From the IMG/VR virus record IMGVR_UViG_3300025711_000006: DNA of 33,771 nt. One strand, given 5' to 3'. The notes beneath the pieces were generated by a model, which was given only the letters and a program-made list of their open reading frames with translations, searched no databases and was not told the origin of the DNA. The stretch comes from a virus (lineage: Duplodnaviria > Heunggongvirae > Uroviricota > Caudoviricetes). The position numbers and the translations under genes are program-made. Positions 1 through 5,673 of this stretch are shown one piece after another. Every line of letters begins with the position of its first letter. Position 1 is the first letter of the stretch.

Positions 1-57
1 GTCTTTCTCTTCTCGCTCAAGGGCATGTGTATTGCTTCGACTTCTTTAAGTCCATGT

Positions 58-85
58 ATTAGATCACACTTTTCTATTTTGTCAA
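58..85 (-). promoter_or_regulatory. sigma70-like promoter, leftward out of the window
   Basis: Minus strand TTGACA (85-80), 16-nt spacer, TGA-TCTAAT (-10 at 63-58, with extended TGn). Upstream context TACCCTATTGAC is shared with the promoter at 2072-2099. Confidence 0.6.
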
Positions 86-125
86 TAGGGTAAGTGCAAT
101 TAAATGCAACTTTCTCAAACTTTTG

Positions 126-202
126 TGGCACTGGCAGCGGGACTTGAACCCACAACAAACCGCTTAGAAGGCGGTTGCTCTATCCAGTTGAACTATGCCA
201 GC
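126..202 (-). tRNA. tRNA-Arg(UCU)
   Basis: Acceptor GCTGGCA/TGCCAGT+G+CCA, anticodon arm ACCGC-CT-TCT-AA-GCGGT, T-loop TTCAAGT, encoded CCA. Confidence 0.95.
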
Positions 203-343
203 AGAAATATCAGGGTTTAACGACCACTACCCCTAACGCGAATCACGCGGGCCAATGTGTGAAGTACAAGCTTGAACCTGGGCCCAGCGTCTTTGGCTGC
301 TCCATGGGCTTGCTACTCAACCAGTACCCAGGCTCTCATTGTG

Positions 344-419
344 TGGTGCATCCACTTGGTAACGATCCAAGTCCTCCAGCTTTTCAAACTGGCGCTTCTA
401 CCTAGTTAGCTTCAGATGC
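344..419 (-). tRNA. tRNA-Phe(GAA) with atypical A8 and T-loop AUCGUUA
   Basis: Acceptor GCATCTG/TGGATGC+A+CCA, anticodon arm CCAGT-TT-GAA-AA-GCTGG, T arm CTTGG-ATCGTTA-CCAAG. Confidence 0.88.
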
Positions 420-427
420 GTAAAACT

Positions 428-571
428 TTAACGGTAGTGACGGCTAATCTTGCCGGATACCGGGTGAGGTGAAGTCAGACCCTTGTTTGGGTGCTGGCCT
501 TTACCATCGGTCTTGCGTGTACGGTCGAACGGGGCATGCTCTTTCGAGGCATCGTAAGGCTTCTTAGCCAT
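428..571 (-). CDS. small basic hypothetical protein (47 aa) inside the tRNA cluster
   Basis: ATG at 571 preceded by AAAGGAAG. Translation MAKKPYDASKEH...KISRHYR. It fills the spacer between tRNA-Glu and tRNA-Phe; the longer track start (622) lies inside tRNA-Glu. Confidence 0.6.
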   Translation of the reverse strand: MAKKPYDASKEHAPFDRTRKTDGKGQHPNKGLTSPHPVSGKISRHYR

Positions 572-591
572 GTGTCTTCCTTTACATAAAA

Positions 592-668
592 TGGTACGGA
601 CGGTGGGACTTGAACCCGACATTACCCGCTTGAAAGGCGGGCGTACTAAACCTTTATACTACGTCCGT
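592..668 (-). tRNA. tRNA-Glu(UUC)
   Basis: Acceptor ACGGACG/CGTCCGT+A+CCA, anticodon arm CCCGC-CT-TTC-AA-GCGGG, T-loop TTCAAGT, imperfect T stem. Confidence 0.92.
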
Positions 669-669
669 G

Positions 670-745
670 TGGCATCCAGGGAAGGAGTCGAACCCTCAAC
701 CAACGGCTTTGGAGGCCGCTGCTCTGCCAATTGAGCTACCTAGAT
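670..745 (-). tRNA. tRNA-Trp(CCA)
   Basis: Acceptor ATCTAGG/CCTGGAT+G+CCA, anticodon arm GCGGC-CT-CCA-AA-GCCGT, T-loop TTCGACT. Confidence 0.95.
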
Positions 746-750
746 AGAAA

Positions 751-835
751 TGGGTGAGGGCACTTCTTAATCGCGGCCCTCAGCGCGATACACACTCTAG
801 GTTGGTTCTAGAGAATCCCAAGGCGCGGGAGTGTG
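751..835 (-). ncRNA. putative structured RNA: three-way junction + H-type pseudoknot ending in CCA
   Basis: Minus strand (A)CACA-C-TCCC/GGGA-TT-CTCTAG/CTAGAG-TGTGT, then ATCGCG-C-TGAGGGC-CGCGAT-TAAGAAGT-GCCCTCA-C-CCA. Structure read by eye. Confidence 0.6.
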
Positions 836-907
836 TGGATGGACAACAGCATGGCGGCTGTATCTTCCGCCTCCACGGCGGGTGCTTTCCAATTAAGCTA
901 TATCCAA
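836..907 (-). ncRNA. non-canonical tRNA-like element (UGG loop, no TTC T-loop)
   Basis: TGGATA/TGTCCA acceptor + T + CCA, D arm GCTT-AATTGGA-AAGC, CCGC-CGTGGAG-GCGG arm, T arm ACAGC-CGCCAT-GCTGT. Confidence 0.6.
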
Positions 908-973
908 CTCGATTTGAAGCCCAGCCTTTACGCACCAATGCACAGACTAGTAGTTTAAATGGTGGCTTCAAAT

Positions 974-1049
974 TGGCAGACCGACTAGGATTTGAACCTA
1001 GGATACGGGAGTCAAAGTCCCGTGTGATAACCAACTTCACTATCAGTCA
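974..1049 (-). tRNA. tRNA-Gln(UUG)
   Basis: Acceptor TGACTGA/TCGGTCT+G+CCA, anticodon arm CGGGA-CT-TTG-AC-TCCCG, T arm CTAGG-TTCAAAT-CCTAG. Confidence 0.95.
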
Positions 1050-1060
1050 ACTGTAAGGTT

Positions 1061-1368
1061 TCTTGTGAACAGCAGCCCAGGGCGTCGTCAGAGTCGATAG
1101 CTACCCACTCATCAACCTTGTATCTGGGATTTTAAAAACTTTGGCCTTTGCACGTTACCTGTTTAAAAGGTTACTAGTTCGAGCTTTGTAACTTTACTGG
1201 TTGAACGTTGAACGTTGACCTTAGTCACTGCGTTCGAGTTCCTTGTCGCAAAGGAGACTCCCCAAAAATGGCGGGGAATTTATCTATATGATTACATACC
1301 AGTAATGTTAGAGGTGATCGGCTCACCCCCAGAAGCCCAGCTAGTTCAGACAACTCGCTGCCACAAGA
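1061..1368 (-). ncRNA. putative ~308-nt structured ncRNA with an internal 7-9-nt periodic repeat tract
   Basis: Five nested long-range helices join the two ends. Internal hairpins and an 11-unit AA(C/G)-ending tract lie at 1139-1219. No credible ORF on the transcribed strand. Sits between the stop codon at 1379 and tRNA-Gln. Confidence 0.7.
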
Positions 1369-1378
1369 GAAAACTGCT

Positions 1379-1996
1379 TTACGCTACTTCGATAATCGTC
1401 TTAGCGTTGACTTCACTCAGGGCGAAGTCCACTTCGAGAAGGAAGCCATCTAGCTCTTCCTGCATCTTAGTGATAATATCGTCCAGGCGGTTTGGGTCCA
1501 CCAGAGCTGCCTTGTGGCGAGCTTCATATGGGCCTGCTACAGCCTGCTGGTCCTGCTCAGTGATCTTGGCGTCACGGCCATACGACTGAGACAGCAGGGC
1601 GTCGATGCGCTGTTGTACTTCGACGTTCTTTTGCTCGACAATAGCCGTGCCCTGGTTCTTCTGGGTCTTGAGCTGTTGGAGCAGTTGTTGTTCCAGAACG
1701 ATCGAGGACTTACGCTCGATGGCTTCGGCCACGGTCATACGCTGGTTAGCGATTTGAACGGTGGTAGTCGCATTGCTGCGAACGATGGCCGACTTCAGGG
1801 CTGTACGCTGGGCAATAAGGCCCTGGACAGACTGAAGGTTGCTGGTAAGGATCTGCTCGGCTTCTTGAATGGAGCCTTTGCCGGTGATCTTACCGCCTAC
1901 GGAAACTGCAATGAATTGGGCGCCTGCACCGCGTTGAATACGGTCGTTGAGGCTTTTAACCTGGGCGAGGGCACGGGTTACGGAAATCTGGGTCAC
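1379..1996 (-). CDS. all-helical coiled-coil protein, DIP1984/'septicolysin'-like family (recognised from memory)
   Basis: GTG start with AGGAAG RBS. Motifs ISVTRALAQVKSLNDRI, AIVRSNATTTV, MTVAEAIERK and DFALSEVNAKTIIEV, with long heptad-like stretches. Confidence 0.8.
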   Translation of the reverse strand: MTQISVTRALAQVKSLNDRIQRGAGAQFIAVSVGGKITGKGSIQEAEQILTSNLQSVQGLIAQRTALKSAIVRSNATTTVQIANQRMTVAEAIERKSSIVLEQQLLQQLKTQKNQGTAIVEQKNVEVQQRIDALLSQSYGRDAKITEQDQQAVAGPYEARHKAALVDPNRLDDIITKMQEELDGFLLEVDFALSEVNAKTIIEVA

Positions 1997-2013
1997 TTAT
2001 ATGTCTTCCTAAT

Positions 2014-2042
2014 CTTACGTTCTTACGGACTTACGATCTTAC
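2014..2042 (-). repeat. 4x GTAAG at exact 8-nt period in the leader of the coiled-coil gene
   Basis: Plus-strand cttac at 2014, 2022, 2030, 2038. Confidence 0.85.
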
Positions 2043-2071
2043 TGTTGCCGCTTCGGCAAACTTGAGACGCC

Positions 2072-2099
2072 ATAATACACGATTCTCATGCCCGGTCAA
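2072..2099 (-). promoter_or_regulatory. sigma70-like promoter for the coiled-coil/ncRNA/tRNA operon
   Basis: TTGACC (2099-2094), 16 nt, TATTAT (2077-2072), followed by a 5' hairpin TTGCCG/CGGCAA (2045-2059). Confidence 0.65.
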
Positions 2100-2189
2100 T
2101 AGGGTAAATGAAAAAAGTGTAAGAGAAAATCGCGCTTAGTGTACGAGAAAACGTGAACTAAGGCCAGACAAAACCGGATCAAGTCAGCG

Positions 2190-2218
2190 GTTATACCACG
2201 AAAGTTCCGGTTTGTCAA
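2190..2218 (-). promoter_or_regulatory. sigma70-like promoter (second, upstream)
   Basis: TTGACA (2218-2213), 17 nt, TGG-TATAAC (2195-2190). Confidence 0.7.
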
Positions 2219-2228
2219 TAGCCATTAG

Positions 2229-2525
2229 CTAATTTCTTTCAATCTCGATGCGGGCCATCTGGCAGTGGGGGCGTCCGTCCCTCCGACTTTCCATGATGGC
2301 CAGTGTCTTGAGCACAGCCACTACCGTGTTGTGCTCATCCTCGAATACACCCCCCTGTTCAAGTTGCTGCAAGCTCATCTCCGTGACCTGTGCTGCTTCC
2401 GCGAATTGAGTAGGGGTAAGCCCTAGCTTCTTTCTCCGTTCGCCTACCTGACCGCCGATATCCATGCGGGTATCCTGGCTTTCTGTAGCGAAGTCCCTTA
2501 CTGCCTCTCTATGTGCCGATGGCAT
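2229..2525 (-). CDS. XRE/Cro-like helix-turn-helix protein
   Basis: IGGQVGERRKKLGLTPTQFAEAAQVTEMSLQQLEQG matches the XRE HTH pattern. ATG 2525 has a GGGGAG RBS; an alternative start is 2465. Confidence 0.75.
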   Translation of the reverse strand: MPSAHREAVRDFATESQDTRMDIGGQVGERRKKLGLTPTQFAEAAQVTEMSLQQLEQGGVFEDEHNTVVAVLKTLAIMESRRDGRPHCQMARIEIERN

Positions 2526-2589
2526 TACAACTCCCCGAAACTACTTCACTGTGGTTCGATGCTCGGCACTTCCTTACAGACTTCCTGTA

Positions 2590-3036
2590 TTACGCGGCGT
2601 CCTTAGTGGTGCGAGGTGCTTGTGATATTGCTGCGTTGTCTGCGACTTCCAGGGCTAGAAAATGCTCGTCAAAACTTTCAGCCCTTTCTTCGTAAAGCTC
2701 AACCACCATCCAGCGTCCGTCAGGCATCTTCTGGATAGTGCTTACTGCTCGGCCTTGCCTCTCCACTACCTGCAAGGAGGTGGGCAGTGCTTGCTTGGGG
2801 CTTCGGCGCCCTTTCTGCATTGCGGCACTTTCGGCAACCCTTTTTGCTACTGCATAACTTGGTAATTCGTCATGGATGATCTTTTTATACACCTCCACCA
2901 CTGTATATTTACCGTCAGGCATTTTCATAATCGTACTTACCGCACGACTAGACTTGTAGCATATCCTCAGCCCGAGTTGCTTATCTGCAATTTTAATCAC
3001 GGGCTTAGCGAGAATACTCTCTGCTGTTTTCGTCAT
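2590..3036 (-). CDS. hypothetical protein with an internally duplicated ~45-aa domain
   Basis: RAVSTIMKMPDGKYTVVEVY (aa 31) and RAVSTIQKMPDGRWMVVELY (aa 96). Confidence 0.75.
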   Translation of the reverse strand: MTKTAESILAKPVIKIADKQLGLRICYKSSRAVSTIMKMPDGKYTVVEVYKKIIHDELPSYAVAKRVAESAAMQKGRRSPKQALPTSLQVVERQGRAVSTIQKMPDGRWMVVELYEERAESFDEHFLALEVADNAAISQAPRTTKDAA

Positions 3037-3113
3037 TTGATCGTCAACCTCATTAATCGAATAGCACTGATTAAGCGGCCAGCATACACCGCCATCATCT
3101 AGAGTTGGTGGCG

Positions 3114-3142
3114 ATTGTACGGAAGTGAGCGAGTTTTCACAA
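3114..3142 (-). promoter_or_regulatory. possible promoter for the 2590-3036 gene
   Basis: TTGTGA, 17 nt, TACAAT, followed by an 8-bp hairpin (CGCCATCA/TGGTGGCG on the plus strand). Confidence 0.45.
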
Positions 3143-3167
3143 ATTGGCTATTTCTATGGTGCGCACA

Positions 3168-3368
3168 CTACGCGATAGAAGTATCAGACTTTTGCTGTTC
3201 ACGCAAGTACTTGTTGACGGTCCTACAGCCCTCGGCCAGCGTGTGGGCGGTTTCTAGGTAGGGGCGGGCTTCTTCGTTGCTCTCTTCGATGCAGACGCGG
3301 CAACGGCCACTGGCGGGCATAACGTCTGTGAGGCCGTGGACTGGGCACACGGCTAGGTAGGCTTCCAT
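3168..3368 (-). CDS. small putative Zn-ribbon protein (66 aa)
   Basis: ATG 3368 with CCAGGAG RBS; CPVHG...CRVC motif. Confidence 0.65.
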   Translation of the reverse strand: MEAYLAVCPVHGLTDVMPASGRCRVCIEESNEEARPYLETAHTLAEGCRTVNKYLREQQKSDTSIA

Positions 3369-3447
3369 GCGGACTCCTGGGGGATGAGTTGGTGGGGTGG
3401 CTAGTGCCACGGGGGAGGGGCTCTATTAAGGCTTGCGCCTGCGCGCT

Positions 3448-3574
3448 TATAGAATTCTTAATAGAGTAAAAGAATAGAGGTAAAGAATAGAATTCTTAAT
3501 AGAGTTATATAATAGAAGAGATAAGTAATAGAGTAGTTAAATAATAGAGTACTTAATAGAATTACTTAATAGAG
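3448..3574 (+). repeat. AT-rich array of 10 (A/T)ATAGA(G/A) direct repeats; putative replication origin
   Basis: ATAGA at 3449, 3461, 3474, 3487, 3499, 3512, 3528, 3544, 3556, 3569, plus an inverted copy at 3421-3428. Lies between divergent transcription units. Confidence 0.8.
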
Positions 3575-3602
3575 TTATTAATTCTAAGTTAAAGGTCAAC
3601 TG

Positions 3603-3630
3603 ACCTTAACACGTTTTTCCCTGCTGTCAA
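3603..3630 (-). promoter_or_regulatory. possible leftward promoter
   Basis: TTGACA (3630-3625), 16 nt, TGT-TAAGGT. Confidence 0.4.
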
Positions 3631-3712
3631 GGGCCATAGTGCCACCATGCTTAAAATAATAAAATAAACAGGGGATAGACGGGGAGTGTACGAGATTTTC
3701 TATTTTGGGTAG

Positions 3713-3740
3713 TTGACTCTGCTCCGCTCGCTGCTACGAT
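3713..3740 (+). promoter_or_regulatory. sigma70-like promoter for the rightward arm
   Basis: TTGACT (3713-3718), 16 nt, TGC-TACGAT (3735-3740), with AT-rich upstream sequence. Confidence 0.65.
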
Positions 3741-3757
3741 GGCTCCCCAGCAACACT

Positions 3758-3793
3758 GTAAGGACGTAAGACGGTAATGAACGTAAGTGTAAG
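3758..3793 (+). repeat. GTAAG/GTAAT array (spacing 8,8,9,6)
   Basis: Copies at 3758, 3766, 3774, 3783, 3789. Confidence 0.7.
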
Positions 3794-4094
3794 AGAAACC
3801 ACCCCCGCCTACACAGAGCAGATGAATAGCCTGGAGGCAGCAGGGGTTCGCATCACCATGGTGGAGTTTGAGCAGTTCGCAGACTTCGAATTTGAGCCTC
3901 CTGCAACGTTCTTCACCCGCTCTGCGATGGGGCAGTACTACTTCTACCATACCCGTGCCAGGGCGAAGGCCCAGGAAGCGTGTGATGACCTCTTTGGGAA
4001 GGGCCGGTACACGGTCAACGCCTCGAAGATCCAGAAGGGCAAGGGCGGGCTTACCTGCACCGGAACCCAGACACGGCGGGGGCAGAAGCGATGA
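3777..4094 (+). CDS. hypothetical protein with a basic C-terminal tail
   Basis: First ORF after the promoter; ATGA overlap with the next gene. Start uncertain (3777 or 3822). Confidence 0.7.
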   Translation: MNVSVRETTPAYTEQMNSLEAAGVRITMVEFEQFADFEFEPPATFFTRSAMGQYYFYHTRARAKAQEACDDLFGKGRYTVNASKIQKGKGGLTCTGTQTRRGQKR

Positions 4095-4423
4095 TGATGC
4101 CTGATGAAGCGGTACGGAAATGCAAGGGGTTCCCTCACCACTTCGTCACCGAGGATGGCCGGGTTTGGAGCGCTCGCAGCGGTCGATATCTGACCCCTAC
4201 GTGCATCACCCCTCGACCGGAATACCCCGACCAGCAGTACCTTCGGGTGAAGCTGGCTGGCAAGGCCCGCTACGTGCATAAGCTGGTAGCTGATGTGTGG
4301 ATGGAAGCGCCTGAAGAGGCTTCCAGGGTGAGGGTTCTAGACCGGTTGAGCTTGGCCCCGAACGCAGGCAATCTTGCCTGGGAAAGTTACAAGGATATTG
4401 CCCCGCCTAATGTAAGTCGGTAA
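4091..4423 (+). CDS. NUMOD4/HNH_3-like protein, probably nuclease-dead
   Basis: GFPHHFVTEDGRVWS (NUMOD4-like), YVHKLVA and NAGNLAW present. The expected VxH motif reads VRVLD. Confidence 0.7.
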   Translation: MMMPDEAVRKCKGFPHHFVTEDGRVWSARSGRYLTPTCITPRPEYPDQQYLRVKLAGKARYVHKLVADVWMEAPEEASRVRVLDRLSLAPNAGNLAWESYKDIAPPNVSR

Positions 4424-4448
4424 GAACGTAAGACGGTAAGGAAGTAAG
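4412..4448 (+). repeat. 5x GTAAG at exact 8-nt period
   Basis: Copies at 4412, 4420, 4428, 4436, 4444; ATG at 4452. Confidence 0.9.
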
Positions 4449-4451
4449 ACA

Positions 4452-4841
4452 ATGAAATTCATCTCTGCTGAGTTCGAGCGGTTCGTAGCTGAATACTATG
4501 TAGGGAAGTCCCGGTCTGCTATTGAGCGGGATATCCCCTGGAAGCTCAGCCTCATGAGTTTCCGTAACATGATGAGAGCGACGGTGTGTCCATACACAGG
4601 CGTGCTGATGACAAAGCCGAACCTGTCCACACCGAAGCCTACGGATATCACGATTGACCGCATCGACAACACCAAGGGTTATATCCCAGGGAACGTCATG
4701 GCGATTAGTCGTATGGCGAATAACTTCAAGAGCATTTTCGAGAACCCGAAGTACCCGCTCGATATGGGAACAGCAACTGTTGCATTGTCCCGTATGAACA
4801 AGCGAGTGACCAAGGCTAAGGACATTGCTGCGAAGAAATAA
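4452..4841 (+). CDS. His-Me finger/HNH-like endonuclease-family protein
   Basis: CPYTG...TIDRIDNTKGYIPGNV...ANNFKS resembles the phage DRIDxxKGY-type nuclease motif. Confidence 0.65.
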   Translation: MKFISAEFERFVAEYYVGKSRSAIERDIPWKLSLMSFRNMMRATVCPYTGVLMTKPNLSTPKPTDITIDRIDNTKGYIPGNVMAISRMANNFKSIFENPKYPLDMGTATVALSRMNKRVTKAKDIAAKK

Positions 4842-4884
4842 ACGGTGGGAATGACTCCCGCTACGTTGCAATACATGGAGCAGT

Positions 4885-5673
4885 ATGGGAAGTAAAAGAA
4901 CGCAACAAGCGGTGAAGCAAAGCCGTGAAGTAGTTAAGCAAGAGCGTGGTGGTCGCCCTCCTAAGAAAGAGAGCTTCCAGGCGGAACGGGAGGCACGGGT
5001 TATTGCTCTCTCCGCGAAGAGTGCTCCACAGAAGCTGGCCCTGGCTGCATTCATGGCTAAGCAGATGGTTGTACTTTCCGGCTCTGCTGGTACTGGTAAA
5101 ACTGAGTTGATGGCCTGGTGGGCCAGCAAACAGTGGTTGGAAGGCCAGATCGACAACATCGTGATTTGCCGACCGCACCAGTCCCTGGGTAATGACTACG
5201 GCGCTGTAACGGGGAACGATACACAGAAGCTCTTGCCGTTCTGCATGAGCATGCTGATGAAGTTCAAGAAGTACCTGGGCATTGGGATCCTGCAAAACAA
5301 CTTCCGCTATGAAGTACAGGAAGGGTTGTTCCAAGAGGCTTCCGGCATCCAGATCGTGCCTATCGAGAAGATCCAGGGCCTTTCCTTCGGACCCAAAACG
5401 ATCATCCTGGCCGATGAGCTTCAGAACGCCTTCCCGGCCCAGATCAAGGCCCTGGTTACACGCATGGAGGAAGGCTGTCAGCTCCTTTGTGCAGGGGATA
5501 TCACCCAGTCGGCCCTCAAGCCTGCTGAGAACGGCCTGAAGAAGCTGGAAGAGGCCCTGGCGGCTCACCCTCACGATGATGCTGTGGTGGTGAAGTTCTC
5601 GCCAGAGCACAACTGCCGGTCGGGCATCTCGGGTCACTTGGCCTCGATCTTCGAGAAGCAGGGGGCATGGTGA
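4885..5673 (+). CDS. phoH: PhoH-like ATPase
   Basis: Walker A GSAGTGKT, ILADELQN, AGDITQS. Confidence 0.9.
   Translation: MGSKRTQQAVKQSREVVKQERGGRPPKKESFQAEREARVIALSAKSAPQKLALAAFMAKQMVVLSGSAGTGKTELMAWWASKQWLEGQIDNIVICRPHQSLGNDYGAVTGNDTQKLLPFCMSMLMKFKKYLGIGILQNNFRYEVQEGLFQEASGIQIVPIEKIQGLSFGPKTIILADELQNAFPAQIKALVTRMEEGCQLLCAGDITQSALKPAENGLKKLEEALAAHPHDDAVVVKFSPEHNCRSGISGHLASIFEKQGAW

Noticed and set aside
1-55. Gene start at the left edge (minus strand ATG at 26 or 55)
   Set aside because: Too little sequence and no clear RBS; cannot be supported.
268-283. Extra tRNA suggested by GGTTCAAG
   Set aside because: No matching acceptor, D arm, anticodon arm or CCA can be built around it.
751-835. 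HDV-like/theta ribozyme next to a tRNA 3' end
   Set aside because: The position fits, but I could not fit the nested P1/P1.1/P2/P3 topology or the catalytic J4/2 C by eye. A covariance-model search is still needed.
751-907. tmRNA or Y RNA (YrlA)
   Set aside because: Too short for tmRNA, with no tag ORF or G3-U70 pair. It lacks the canonical T-loop kept by YrlA, and there is no Ro60 gene in the window.
754-1056. ORFs 754-1056 (+), 780-1040 (-) and 175-405 (+)
   Set aside because: They overlap tRNA genes and structured RNAs, have no RBS, and their translations do not look like proteins.
1215-2065. Plus-strand ORFs 1215-1589 and 1514-2065
   Set aside because: Antisense shadows of the coiled-coil gene and the ncRNA.
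3448-3574. CRISPR array
   Set aside because: Repeat units are only 6-8 nt with 5-10-nt spacers, and there are no cas genes.
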